The notes below the pieces were generated by a model that saw only the letters and a list, made by a program, of their open reading frames with translations, was not told where the DNA came from and made no database searches. A program made the translations under genes and the position numbers. Source: an uncultured virus (IMG/VR IMGVR_UViG_3300042891_000356) (lineage: Duplodnaviria > Heunggongvirae > Uroviricota > Caudoviricetes). From it: DNA of 64,000 nt. This document shows positions 10,150 to 19,306 of the stretch, piece after piece. How positions within the stretch are numbered: the first letter of the stretch is position 1; each line of letters starts with the position of its first letter. Where the stretch lies: the IMG/VR virus record IMGVR_UViG_3300042891_000356; one strand, 5' to 3'.

Positions 10150-10452
10150 ATTTACTAATAGAAAGAAGTCTAGGGCCTTTTCTGATACATATATTCTTAG
10201 TAGGTTATGTTCAGTTTGCCAAGCCCATTCTGGAGTTTGCTGAGTAATACTGTTTAGTCGATGACACTTACCAAGTTCACCACTTGGACCAAACTTCTCC
10301 CAGAACCAAATACGTGCCTTGAGGAAATTTACTTCATTCTCAGAGACAGGATTATAGTTTCTACGAACATACACATTGTAATTTATATAATGATTAAACA
10401 GTTCGTGACCTGTATGTCTACCATCCATCTTAGTTATTTTAAAATTGCTCAT
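10141..10452 (-). CDS. hypothetical protein
   Basis: 103-aa ORF (WFWEKFGPS motif typical of small phage proteins). Confidence 0.6.
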   Translation of the reverse strand: MSNFKITKMDGRHTGHELFNHYINYNVYVRRNYNPVSENEVNFLKARIWFWEKFGPSGELGKCHRLNSITQQTPEWAWQTEHNLLRIYVSEKALDFFLLVNSN

Positions 10453-10460
10453 TGAATGTA

Positions 10461-10482
10461 AAAAGCCCCTTGCGGGGCTTTT
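10461..10482. terminator. intrinsic terminator
   Basis: AAAAGCCCC-TTGC-GGGGCTTTT perfect hairpin just downstream of the AAA gene. Confidence 0.85.
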
Positions 10483-10487
10483 CCTTA

Positions 10488-11585
10488 TTATGCTACTGCC
10501 GCCACAACGTAACGACCAAAGCGTTTGTGGAACTCATCAAAGTTTTTCAACTTGTTAGGCACAAAAGGTAAGTTAAAAGTTGTTAACGCTACACGTGCGC
10601 CCATAACAGTAACTTCTGTAGTAAAGTTCTCCATCATAAACTTAAAGAAGTAATCTGCCATAGTATGCCATTTAGCATTGTCTTCCTTACCAATTTTAGT
10701 GTAGGCATCTTTCAATTCGTAACACATACTCATTGTCAAACTGTACATTGCACTAATTTCTTTAACAGCAAGTTCTGTAACCTTACCGTTTAAAATGTCT
10801 GTTGGATTAGGCATTTTAGCAGAAATCTTTCTATGCGCCATAAATTTAACCGCAGTACCTTCACCAATAGTACCTGCTACAATATCTGTAGTAGTGCTAT
10901 CTGCCATACCGTCATCTAACAACTCGCTAACAAAAGTCCAGCTACGAGGTGTTGCAAAACTACGGCTTGAGCTTTTTGGATCGAAGTCATACAAGTCTTG
11001 TTTAGCAAAACTAACATAACCAATAACGTCTTTGTTAATACGATTTTCAGTAGCCCATTGTAACCAGCTATCAAAGTCTACACGCATTTCCAAATGCACA
11101 AATCTGTTAGCAAGTGGACTTGGCATTCTGTAGCTAACACCTTTGTCACCGTCTCTGTTACCTGCCGCTACCATTACAACGTTGTCAGGAAGTTTATACT
11201 TACCAACACGTCTGTTTAAAATAAGTTGATACGCAACTGCCTGCACACTCGGCGCCGCACTGTTCATCTCATCTAAAAACAATACCACAATCGGATATTG
11301 TGCAGCCATTTCTTCTGTGGGCAAATCAATTGGCGGAGCCCAATCCATCACGCCCAAGTCTTTGTTAAAGTAAGGAATACCACGTATGTCCGTCGGGTCC
11401 ATTTGTGCCAAGCGTAAGTCAATCATCAACCCGCCCATGTCCTTAGTAATACCTTCTACTAATTCACTTTTACCAATACCTGGAGGACCCCATAAAAATA
11501 ATGGGCGTTGTTTTGTAAAGCAACGTAAAATTGCCGCCTTTGCTTCTGTTGCTGTAACAGTTCTATTTTCAGTCATTGCCGCCAT
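10488..11585 (-). CDS. MoxR/dynein-related AAA+ ATPase
   Basis: Walker A GPPGIGKS, Walker B LFLDE, AAGN sensor, PLANRF arginine finger, TPRSW. Confidence 0.93.
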   Translation of the reverse strand: MAAMTENRTVTATEAKAAILRCFTKQRPLFLWGPPGIGKSELVEGITKDMGGLMIDLRLAQMDPTDIRGIPYFNKDLGVMDWAPPIDLPTEEMAAQYPIVVLFLDEMNSAAPSVQAVAYQLILNRRVGKYKLPDNVVMVAAGNRDGDKGVSYRMPSPLANRFVHLEMRVDFDSWLQWATENRINKDVIGYVSFAKQDLYDFDPKSSSRSFATPRSWTFVSELLDDGMADSTTTDIVAGTIGEGTAVKFMAHRKISAKMPNPTDILNGKVTELAVKEISAMYSLTMSMCYELKDAYTKIGKEDNAKWHTMADYFFKFMMENFTTEVTVMGARVALTTFNLPFVPNKLKNFDEFHKRFGRYVVAAVA

Positions 11586-11626
11586 TTTAAATCCTTCCTA
11601 ATTAATTATTAAATGTAACAAAACAG

Positions 11627-11655
11627 ATTATACTATCAAATTCTTGTTTTGTCAA
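11627..11655 (-). promoter_or_regulatory. sigma70 consensus promoter
   Basis: TTGACA-N17-TATAAT. Confidence 0.85.
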
Positions 11656-11662
11656 GTGCTGT

Positions 11663-11827
11663 TTAATCACCAACAATACCTGTGGCAATTTCCCAAACTA
11701 CCCAACCAACCGCAAAGTTACCTAATAGGTCATGTAACGCCAACCCATTCTCACCAAGTAATCCTAATGTTACATAACCAATGATTAACATCACTGAAAT
11801 TAAGATACGTTGTAAATTTTTACTCAT
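11663..11827 (-). CDS. small two-TM membrane protein (54 aa, not in ORF track)
   Basis: MSKNLQRILISVMLIIGYVTLGLL...FAVGWVVWEIATGIVGD*; TAATG coupling. Confidence 0.6.
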   Translation of the reverse strand: MSKNLQRILISVMLIIGYVTLGLLGENGLALHDLLGNFAVGWVVWEIATGIVGD

Positions 11828-12225
11828 TATGCAAACTCCTTTTCTTTTGTGCAGGCGTATGGCTCATTCCACTCACCTACGTTTAAATGAATGTAATAGG
11901 CAATATGGAAATAATCTATTTGCGAATCACTTTTATCAAACCAAGCACGACCACCAGCACGAGCTGGAGCACACTTGATAATTTCTAATACTTGTTCAAA
12001 GAACGTTTGATACTTGCCGTAGTTATATAAATGATATTCATTGATTTGTGCGTATGCACCACGTCCTTGCGTAAACACTTCAGCAAAGTCAACTGGACCT
12101 TGTTTAATAGTTACGTCGACTGAACTACCTTCGTAACCTTTACGTACACCAAACTTGAATTTAGGAAAAGTTGCTTTAAGTTCGTCACGTATTGCTTTAA
12201 CATCTTGTGCGCTAATATAAGCCAT
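11827..12225 (-). CDS. LPD29-like (large polyvalent protein-associated domain) early protein
   Basis: AIRDELKATFPKFKFGVR and DSQIDYFH motifs. Confidence 0.6.
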   Translation of the reverse strand: MAYISAQDVKAIRDELKATFPKFKFGVRKGYEGSSVDVTIKQGPVDFAEVFTQGRGAYAQINEYHLYNYGKYQTFFEQVLEIIKCAPARAGGRAWFDKSDSQIDYFHIAYYIHLNVGEWNEPYACTKEKEFA

Positions 12226-12258
12226 TTATTGCTCCTGTGTTGTTAGTGTATGTGTAAC

Positions 12259-12287
12259 ATTATACAGTCATTTTACCAAAATGTCAA
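12259..12287 (-). promoter_or_regulatory. sigma70 consensus promoter
   Basis: TTGACA-N17-TATAAT. Confidence 0.85.
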
Positions 12288-12290
12288 CCG

Positions 12291-12821
12291 TTATTTGCCA
12301 TCTAATTTAGCAAGTCCTGCTGATAGTGTGGCTTTAGCACGAGCCAACAGTGTTGCATCGCCATCTGTTAGCACAGCAAGCATAGCTGATTTTTCTTTAA
12401 GATACACACGTGCAAAGCCTGGATCATGCTCAACAATACTAGCAGTGTTTGACAACAAGTCGGCAAGTTTGATTGTTTTAGCATCAGCACAGGCCCTGGC
12501 AGTATGTGCTAAGTCAATGGCCTTGCGCACTGCTCTGTTGCCAAGGTCTGGTGTGCTAACATCAGTCAAGTCTGCTACGTACATTGCTACAATTGGACCA
12601 AATTCCGCACGGATTGTTTCAATACTAACATCAGTATCTTCTACTGTGTCATGCAACCAAGCGGCCGCTAGCATTTCGTCGGTGTGGGGAACAGTGGCAA
12701 CAATAGCCGCAACTTCGGTAGGGTGAACAATGTAGTCTTCACCTGTGTATTTTCTTTTATGATCGATTGCGCGATGCGCATGTGCAGCAAATGCTCTTGC
12801 TCTGCTTACTAATGATGACAT
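12291..12821 (-). CDS. HD-domain small alarmone hydrolase (RelA/SpoT HD, Mesh1-like)
   Basis: AH...RKYTGEDYIVHP, AAWLHDTVEDT, IKLADLLSN. Confidence 0.88.
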   Translation of the reverse strand: MSSLVSRARAFAAHAHRAIDHKRKYTGEDYIVHPTEVAAIVATVPHTDEMLAAAWLHDTVEDTDVSIETIRAEFGPIVAMYVADLTDVSTPDLGNRAVRKAIDLAHTARACADAKTIKLADLLSNTASIVEHDPGFARVYLKEKSAMLAVLTDGDATLLARAKATLSAGLAKLDGK

Positions 12822-12846
12822 GTTTGACTCCTAACTATTAAGTGCT

Positions 12847-12875
12847 ATTATACACTCTTAATAGGTAAAAGTCAA
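12847..12875 (-). promoter_or_regulatory. sigma70 consensus promoter
   Basis: TTGACT-N17-TATAAT. Confidence 0.85.
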
Positions 12876-12878
12876 TCG

Positions 12879-12989
12879 TTAATTTGGATTATTATATGAG
12901 GAGGCGTGTCGACAGTTAAAACACGTATTAAATTTTGCACAACCACTGAGAACTGCAACTACTACTGCCATTGCAATAAGAAACCGCAT
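12879..12989 (-). CDS. tiny lipoprotein (36 aa, not in ORF track)
   Basis: MRFLIAMAVVVAVLSGC lipobox; AAAGGA RBS; CxxC in the mature part. Confidence 0.6.
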   Translation of the reverse strand: MRFLIAMAVVVAVLSGCAKFNTCFNCRHASSYNNPN

Positions 12990-13001
12990 ATAGGTCCTTT
13001 C

Positions 13002-13295
13002 TTAGTTGATTTGAACTAAAACACGACGATAACAAGCACAATTACCATCATAAATGTTCTGATATTGGTAGATTGGTTCGTTGTTGGCTGGAACATAACT
13101 TGGTAGCGGTGTATACTGTGGTTGCTGTACCACTACAGTACGAGGTTGTGCTATAATATAGCCAAGTGTGCCACCTACAATTAATGGAAGTAATACGTCA
13201 TTGCCGTTGCCATGATAGTATCGATTGTAATAACCATCTGCGGCTGCAGTGGTGCTAAGTGATAATAACAGTGTTGCTAGTAATAGCTTCTTCAT
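13002..13295 (-). CDS. secreted/membrane hypothetical protein
   Basis: Signal peptide MKKLLLATLLLSLSTTAAA, hydrophobic segment, C-terminal CxC. Confidence 0.7.
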   Translation of the reverse strand: MKKLLLATLLLSLSTTAAADGYYNRYYHGNGNDVLLPLIVGGTLGYIIAQPRTVVVQQPQYTPLPSYVPANNEPIYQYQNIYDGNCACYRRVLVQIN

Positions 13296-13319
13296 GCCTG
13301 CTCCTTATTAATATGTATT

Positions 13320-13348
13320 ATTATACTATCAATGTGACTGATTGTCAA
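13320..13348 (-). promoter_or_regulatory. sigma70 consensus promoter
   Basis: TTGACA-N17-TATAAT. Confidence 0.8.
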
Positions 13349-14093
13349 TTTGATTATTAGAATATAATTTAGTTAGGTCTGTTACAATTTCTTGTTCTGC
13401 TCGTTTATGCGCATTATACCATAATTTATGCACTATGCATGCACTTGCATAATTATCAGCTAAATTAAACCAAGTTATTAATTGTTGATACCATGATCGA
13501 TCTAATACTTCGTTGAAAAGAATATCAGCATTAAGTACTAATGTTTTTTCATCTGCCGCCGCCATATGTTTAGTATTATCAGCTACAATACTAGATTGGA
13601 ATTCGCTCATTGATAAATTATTGCATAATGAATTAAATTTTACATATGATTTATATGCTAACAATGGATCTATTGTTAAAATTAATGTTTTTCTATTAAT
13701 ATCAATAAGATCTATATAATTATGTCCTAATCCAATGGTATCATTTAATTGATCTCTCCATTGTCGTTCAAATGCTAACCAATTATGCCATGTACGAGTA
13801 GTTGGATATATATGTCGTCTATACGCATTTAATTTATAATCTAATGTTGTAAAATTAAGTAGAAACGGTAAATTATTAATTTCATTGATAATTTTAACAT
13901 CAATATTGAGATAATTATTGCTTATATAATCATAATATGACGGCCAACCATTACCTTGAAGTTTCTTGTAAAGAGATTCAGAATCAGTTGACCCAACAAC
14001 TAAGCAATACTGTGGATCTAATAACATTAACCATCTAATATGATTTGCAAATCCCCCAGTAGGTGATAAAATATTATATATTGGATGAGACAT
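13329..14093 (-). CDS. AT-rich hypothetical protein with GxxWPS motif
   Basis: 254-aa ORF, very AT-rich; YKKLQGNGWPSYYDY. Confidence 0.6.
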   Translation of the reverse strand: MSHPIYNILSPTGGFANHIRWLMLLDPQYCLVVGSTDSESLYKKLQGNGWPSYYDYISNNYLNIDVKIINEINNLPFLLNFTTLDYKLNAYRRHIYPTTRTWHNWLAFERQWRDQLNDTIGLGHNYIDLIDINRKTLILTIDPLLAYKSYVKFNSLCNNLSMSEFQSSIVADNTKHMAAADEKTLVLNADILFNEVLDRSWYQQLITWFNLADNYASACIVHKLWYNAHKRAEQEIVTDLTKLYSNNQIDNQSH

Positions 14094-14422
14094 TATAGAC
14101 TTTGGTTATCTAAGTATTGTTGTAGATTATTGGCGTGTAATGATAACATCATTGCATCACGGTCGCTGACAATGTGTATAGTCTTGCGATTTTGTACGTA
14201 ATAAGGCTCTTTAAACCAACGCTCTAGCTGTACAAACGTTTTAGGACGTATGTCGTGACTCAGTTCAAACTTGTAGAATTTAGTGTGTTTGCGCACTTCC
14301 AAATAGGCTCTTTGGGTCAAACGTAAACTGTTGTGATTAGTTGGATTATACCACCAACTGCTAGGACTTACTGAGTATGGAGTTAGTTCGTAAAACTTTG
14401 CCTGCCACTCTGCTTGTAACAT
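14093..14422 (-). CDS. hypothetical protein
   Basis: 109-aa ORF. Confidence 0.65.
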   Translation of the reverse strand: MLQAEWQAKFYELTPYSVSPSSWWYNPTNHNSLRLTQRAYLEVRKHTKFYKFELSHDIRPKTFVQLERWFKEPYYVQNRKTIHIVSDRDAMMLSLHANNLQQYLDNQSL

Positions 14423-14424
14423 GA

Positions 14425-14712
14425 TTATGGATAGATGGTATCGCCAGCTTTAAGTAATACAACTGAAAACTTTTCTGACTTAAACAGCGCATTAAGTTTT
14501 TTAGCGAGATTAATTGCGTGACCAGGATTGCTAAATGAAACTTTCTTATACTTTGGGCCTGGATAGGCTACTAAAATATTTTGTGTTTTTAGGTTAATTG
14601 GTTGGTTATCAAAGAAAACCGCCCAGATGCCTTCTGAATCTAGAATCTGATCACTTTTATAATTTGTTTTATTAACATGCTCTAATAGTACTGTTGGCTT
14701 TGGTCTGCTCAC
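14425..14712 (-). CDS. conserved phage hypothetical protein
   Basis: MSRPKPTVLLE...GPKYKKVSFSNPGHA; GTG start; upstream TAAATA. Confidence 0.7.
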   Translation of the reverse strand: MSRPKPTVLLEHVNKTNYKSDQILDSEGIWAVFFDNQPINLKTQNILVAYPGPKYKKVSFSNPGHAINLAKKLNALFKSEKFSVVLLKAGDTIYP

Positions 14713-14771
14713 TCGATGTTTCCTAGTTCTTATTATATAGTTATTTATGCCAATTAACTACATATATAATG

Positions 14772-15005
14772 CTAGAATCCCCCGCCGTCCATTTCAACGT
14801 TGACTACTGCTTCGGCTTCTTCTGCTTCTTTAATTGCAGTTAGGGCCGCAATCTGTGCTAGTAATTCAAATATATCATTGTGTAAATTTCTAACATCCGT
14901 AGCAGATAATGTTAAATCCTTACTGTTAGTTTGATTCATTACCTTAACGCGGTTGTTAAATGCCTTTAAATGCAGACTAAGTTGATTCTCCATCATATCC
15001 TCCAT
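14772..15005 (-). CDS. hypothetical protein
   Basis: 77 aa ending in MDGGGF. Confidence 0.6.
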   Translation of the reverse strand: MEDMMENQLSLHLKAFNNRVKVMNQTNSKDLTLSATDVRNLHNDIFELLAQIAALTAIKEAEEAEAVVNVEMDGGGF

Positions 15006-15543
15006 TTGCTAATCTTAATTGTATTTGCATTTCTTCTTGAGTGGTGAATGGTCCTTGATAGGGATACCTATTTAAAGTAATTAATTTTGGACAATAACTC
15101 TTAACCCATCCGTTGTTAAATTGTATAATATAATAACCAGCACAGAAGAAACTCTTACTTTTGCTACCTTTAGTGAATACAGGTAACTTATGCTGTACGT
15201 CCCACAAGGCATTCTGAGGTTTATTTTCACAAGGATAACCATATACCTCATGTGATTCTTTAACTACCTTGGCTACTTTAGTCTTGTCAATAACAATATT
15301 GTAACGATCGCTTAGAAGTTTTAAACTACCAAATCTTTCCCGTTGCCCGTCATGTACCAATGTAACTCCACTATTACCATCGTTGGCAAGTATGGTAGCA
15401 ACTTTTGTGCCATCACTTTCAACAACCCAACATTTGTTTTTTACGATAGTTCGTGCTAGTAACGTAAGGGTTGGCCCATCACAATTAGCTGCACCTGCGC
15501 AGGTTTTTTCAAATTCACAAAATCGTTTATACTGTTCCGACAT
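14977..15543 (-). CDS. conserved phage hypothetical protein
   Basis: 188 aa; SKSFFCAGYY, CPKLITL. Confidence 0.65.
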   Translation of the reverse strand: MSEQYKRFCEFEKTCAGAANCDGPTLTLLARTIVKNKCWVVESDGTKVATILANDGNSGVTLVHDGQRERFGSLKLLSDRYNIVIDKTKVAKVVKESHEVYGYPCENKPQNALWDVQHKLPVFTKGSKSKSFFCAGYYIIQFNNGWVKSYCPKLITLNRYPYQGPFTTQEEMQIQLRLANGGYDGEST

Positions 15544-15892
15544 AGATAATTCCTATATATGTTAAGTAATGCAGACCTTGATCGGCGCCCATCCAAACCC
15601 AAAACATACGATCTGCTGTGGTTAAACCTCGATTTAGTTGTTGCTTTGCCCAGTCAACGTGATAGTGTATAATACCGTCTGCTAGAGAAAGAAAAATAAT
15701 ATCATTGGCACTATGCGCAAAGAACACAAGAATGAATAAAGTAAGTGCCGCATGTACTGCCGCATGATGCATGCCACCTTCTGCACCATATATACCTTTC
15801 TCTCTGAGCATGTAGTCATACTGCATAACAAAATCTGCAATAAAATGCTTAATGCCAAATAATGCTAGTAAGATAAAAACGGTAGTAGTCAT
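15527..15892 (-). CDS. DUF3307-like membrane protein
   Basis: KHFIADF, HAAVH, HYHVDW, DQGLH His pattern with hydrophobic helices. Confidence 0.75.
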   Translation of the reverse strand: MTTTVFILLALFGIKHFIADFVMQYDYMLREKGIYGAEGGMHHAAVHAALTLFILVFFAHSANDIIFLSLADGIIHYHVDWAKQQLNRGLTTADRMFWVWMGADQGLHYLTYIGIIYVGTV

Positions 15893-15894
15893 AA

Positions 15895-16446
15895 TTAGCC
15901 TCTAATAAAAGTACTGCGTGACTTAGGAGTTTCCCACCAGTCAATACGATCTACTGTTACGTTAAGTGCTGTCATTTTCGCTTCAACAAGTTCAGCCATC
16001 CAAGCAGACAAGTTTTCACTTGTTGGAACGAAGTCAACGACCATAAATCCTTCGTAGTATTCGTACTCTGGAGTATTCGCTTCAATTCCAGATAAGTCCA
16101 AACACCAACCAGCAACGTGAGTAGTATTTGGAACAAGTACAGGAATAAGATTCCTATTACCAATAATACTGTCATATAAAGGATCCTTTTTGTCTAAAAT
16201 AAACTGATGATCGATGTATTCATTGATCCACTTCTTTAACCACTCTAGGTGTCTAAAGTCTGTTACCATACCTGTTGAATCTAAAGTACCAGTTGGGCTC
16301 TTTAGAAATACCTGCATCTTACCTTCATGTCCGTGTAGGTGACGGCAAGCGCACTTTAAGTCTGCCGCATATTCACCATTTAGTTTTTGTGTCCAAACTC
16401 TGTGTCCATAACAGAATTCAAATGTTTTATCGATTACGTGTGCCAT
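15895..16446 (-). CDS. queD: 6-carboxy-5,6,7,8-tetrahydropterin synthase QueD
   Basis: FCYGHR, CRHLHGH (CxxxHGH), DF..LK, PTSENL, ETPKS; start MAHV at 16446. Confidence 0.92.
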   Translation of the reverse strand: MAHVIDKTFEFCYGHRVWTQKLNGEYAADLKCACRHLHGHEGKMQVFLKSPTGTLDSTGMVTDFRHLEWLKKWINEYIDHQFILDKKDPLYDSIIGNRNLIPVLVPNTTHVAGWCLDLSGIEANTPEYEYYEGFMVVDFVPTSENLSAWMAELVEAKMTALNVTVDRIDWWETPKSRSTFIRG

Positions 16447-16470
16447 ATCTTTTCCTTTGTCTATATTACT

Positions 16471-16499
16471 ATTATATTTAGGTTTTGTCTTAAAGTCAA
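16471..16499 (-). promoter_or_regulatory. sigma70 promoter with nested CTAAATA late-like motif
   Basis: TTGACT-N17-TATAAT, CCTAAATA overlapping the -10. Confidence 0.75.
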
Positions 16500-16999
16500 T
16501 CAATTATTTTGCCATCTACAATAATTATTGGCCATAAATGTTCTACACTGTCAAACATGTAATGTATACGATCTGTATCATATCCGTATGAGTTTAGTTT
16601 CTTAAGTATACGTTCGTTGTATTCCGGAGCCGCAAGTATTTGATGATGCTTATGTGAATAGAACGAATGTAATTTAAATTCACCGTTGGCGTGATGTGTA
16701 GCTAAGGCCATAATAGCACAGGCACTGTCACAATAGTCTACAGCATACCAATTGACTAGCCCGTGTTGATATACTGTATCCATAGCATCTAACAAATCTT
16801 CACTAGTGCCACCAATTGATGTAACATAAAAATTCAACGGTTGATTGGGGTGTTGCTTGACTATGGTGATTATTTCGTCATATTCTTCTTTATGAAGTTT
16901 ACCCACAACCTTATAGTCTTGCTCGCTGAGTTTGGTTATTTCTGGGGTAGCACAACCAATTAACATAATACTTAGAAAAATTAATATATTAAATTTCAT
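16496..16999 (-). CDS. lipoprotein with ClpP/crotonase-like motifs
   Basis: Lipobox MKFNILIFLSIMLIGC; TSIGG and CDSAC resemble SPGG / CxSAC. Confidence 0.5.
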   Translation of the reverse strand: MKFNILIFLSIMLIGCATPEITKLSEQDYKVVGKLHKEEYDEIITIVKQHPNQPLNFYVTSIGGTSEDLLDAMDTVYQHGLVNWYAVDYCDSACAIMALATHHANGEFKLHSFYSHKHHQILAAPEYNERILKKLNSYGYDTDRIHYMFDSVEHLWPIIIVDGKIID

Positions 17000-17003
17000 G
17001 TTC

Positions 17004-17939
17004 TTATAGTCGTTTGATATTAGAAGAGGTATTCTGCTGCCATAGTTCATCATAGTTTTGATTAGAAATTATTCTATTATTAATTTCAATAGTCCAATTT
17101 TTAGTATTATCGCTGATATTAAATTTAGGAAGTACATTTTCAATATATTCTAAATGTTCGGATGGGATTGGATGTAGATCAGCTCTGCCGGACAGATTTT
17201 TTTGATTTTCATATTCTAGTTGTTCAGTTTGAATATGGTTATCAATTTTGTATACATTACGTATTTCTTTTAAAATAGCTATGTCAATATTATTGATCTT
17301 TTTATTTAAGTAATCAGTAAAACTAGGCCACGATGTCCCTGCTACTTTTTCATATATAGATCTACTAGTCATTGGCGGCAAGTGTAATGGTCTACTAGAC
17401 CAATTAGAATTAAATACCACTTCGTAAATACTTGGTTTTATTATTGATAATTCTTCTATGTATAATTCTTTAATTTCTTTACTAATAGTAAAATTTGGAT
17501 TATTATGAATTTGATTATCATTATAATGATCTAATGGAAGCATAGAAAGAAAATGCCAATTACAACCAATAGATTCGAGTACCTTTTTAGTCATACTAAT
17601 AGTAGCCAAATCCTTAATTAAATAGCCCATTGGATCTACTAGAGTTTTTATAAAATTATCATCGTATACTGGCTGATTATAGATATTACCGTAGGTCAAC
17701 CAGTCTCCATCGACCCATCGATCCTCTCGAGCAATACTAGTCCACATTATTATTACAGTATCGTTAGCAGTAATATTATTACGCTTAATACATTCGGCAA
17801 GGGCATAAAAAATAAAAGAATTGCCGGCGCCGGACCGTCCCCAGTTTTCGAATTGTTCAAATTCTCTACCTAAAATATCTGCCCAAGTTGGCCATTTATA
17901 ATTAGTAAAACTACAGCCAAATGTAAATAATCTATTCAT
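17004..17939 (-). CDS. SGNH/GDSL-hydrolase-like protein
   Basis: FGCSFT block I, GRSGAGN block II, DLHP..H block V. Confidence 0.65.
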   Translation of the reverse strand: MNRLFTFGCSFTNYKWPTWADILGREFEQFENWGRSGAGNSFIFYALAECIKRNNITANDTVIIMWTSIAREDRWVDGDWLTYGNIYNQPVYDDNFIKTLVDPMGYLIKDLATISMTKKVLESIGCNWHFLSMLPLDHYNDNQIHNNPNFTISKEIKELYIEELSIIKPSIYEVVFNSNWSSRPLHLPPMTSRSIYEKVAGTSWPSFTDYLNKKINNIDIAILKEIRNVYKIDNHIQTEQLEYENQKNLSGRADLHPIPSEHLEYIENVLPKFNISDNTKNWTIEINNRIISNQNYDELWQQNTSSNIKRL

Positions 17940-18705
17940 TATATTTTTGTGTAAAGTCTGATGCCATCTTTGTTAAATAATTATCTAATAGATACTGCGC
18001 CCATGCTTTGTGAGCTTCTTCTGTCTGGTGACCACAAGGTTTGGTTTTATTGTTAACGATATAATGTTCTTTTCCAAACGGGGCAAACCCTTGATTATCG
18101 CACCATTCTAAAAATGAATTTTCAAATGGATTAATAATATTTTTATTTTTAATTATGTCCGAATAAAATGAGCTAATAAACGGAGCAGTAAAATCAATTG
18201 AGTTTAACAAAGGTCCTGAAAATATAACATATTTAATATTATTTAAGTCACACCAACTAGTAAATAATATTAAATTTTGTAATAACGTTGTTGTAGCAGC
18301 TTCTTCATTATACCATGATAACCAAGAAATCGCAAATTGTTTATATCGATCAGCAATGTTAATTACTTTTTTGCTGTCGCATTCATTGTACCAATCTGCT
18401 GAGTCAGAAAATTGTTCACTAAAAAAATCTCCATCATTGTACATTCGCCATTGCCCATTGGTGTGATTCTTATCCCACATTTCAGTCCGTAGTAAAAACG
18501 ATAAAGAAATTACTGCTACAATGTCACTGTGCGTTTGCTTATGTAACATTAAATCTCTAAGTGAGGTCCTTAATATTCTACTATTGCATGAACCAGGATG
18601 TGCAACATTGATAGTCGGACAATCTAATTGTTTACCTAAGAAATCACTATACCGTTTGCCGGATGAGATTCTTGAATAACTACATCCGTTAACATATATT
18701 AACAT
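17932..18705 (-). CDS. SGNH/GDSL-hydrolase-like protein
   Basis: NGCSYS, AHPGSCN, GHQTEEAH. Confidence 0.6.
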   Translation of the reverse strand: MLIYVNGCSYSRISSGKRYSDFLGKQLDCPTINVAHPGSCNSRILRTSLRDLMLHKQTHSDIVAVISLSFLLRTEMWDKNHTNGQWRMYNDGDFFSEQFSDSADWYNECDSKKVINIADRYKQFAISWLSWYNEEAATTTLLQNLILFTSWCDLNNIKYVIFSGPLLNSIDFTAPFISSFYSDIIKNKNIINPFENSFLEWCDNQGFAPFGKEHYIVNNKTKPCGHQTEEAHKAWAQYLLDNYLTKMASDFTQKYNE

Positions 18706-19292
18706 TAATGAACTGCCTTTGCATCATGTAATAAGTTTTCAAGTCCACGTTGTCGCTCTAAGAACTTAAAGAATAGTGCCAGTGTATTAACTGCATCGAT
18801 GTCTGCTCTGTGCGCTGTACCTTTAAACTGTAGTTTAAACGTGCCCATAGCACTAGCAAGTCCACCACTTGGGTTCTTGCCACGTGCAAACATCATAAAC
18901 GTATAGAATGTTTTACAATCAATCCATCTACGACCAAAGTGTGGAAAGTCTGCATAGTTTTTACAGAACTCATCTAATAGTTCTCTACTATCGCCACCAC
19001 CCCAAGTAATTGGGTTGATCCAAGTATTGTGTTGTTTGATCAAGTCACTGAGTTCACGTGCAACTGTAGCGTGACTTACACAGTTTAATCTAATATCGTG
19101 ATCGGTAATACCAGTCAAGTCAATAATAAATTGATCAATTGGTTCGTTTGGATCAATGTACCATTTCTTAGTTATGTAATTTTCAAACTTGTCATTTGCA
19201 CTGCCAATGGCAATGCCAACCTGAATGATCTTACCACTGGGTTGGTTTAATTCTAAGTCTAACGCTAAAAACTTCTGTGATTTATCTATCAT
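18705..19292 (-). CDS. DEDDh 3'-5' exonuclease
   Basis: LDLE (ExoI), LTGI, WGGGD (ExoII), HRADIDA (ExoIII). Confidence 0.9.
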   Translation of the reverse strand: MIDKSQKFLALDLELNQPSGKIIQVGIAIGSANDKFENYITKKWYIDPNEPIDQFIIDLTGITDHDIRLNCVSHATVARELSDLIKQHNTWINPITWGGGDSRELLDEFCKNYADFPHFGRRWIDCKTFYTFMMFARGKNPSGGLASAMGTFKLQFKGTAHRADIDAVNTLALFFKFLERQRGLENLLHDAKAVH

Positions 19293-19306
19293 GTATTTCT
19301 TTCATA

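Noticed and set aside
12250..12726. Plus-strand shadow ORFs (e.g. 8204-8737, 12250-12726, 20872-21441, 60517-60846)
   Set aside because: They are antisense to clearly recognisable genes and have no motifs or RBS.
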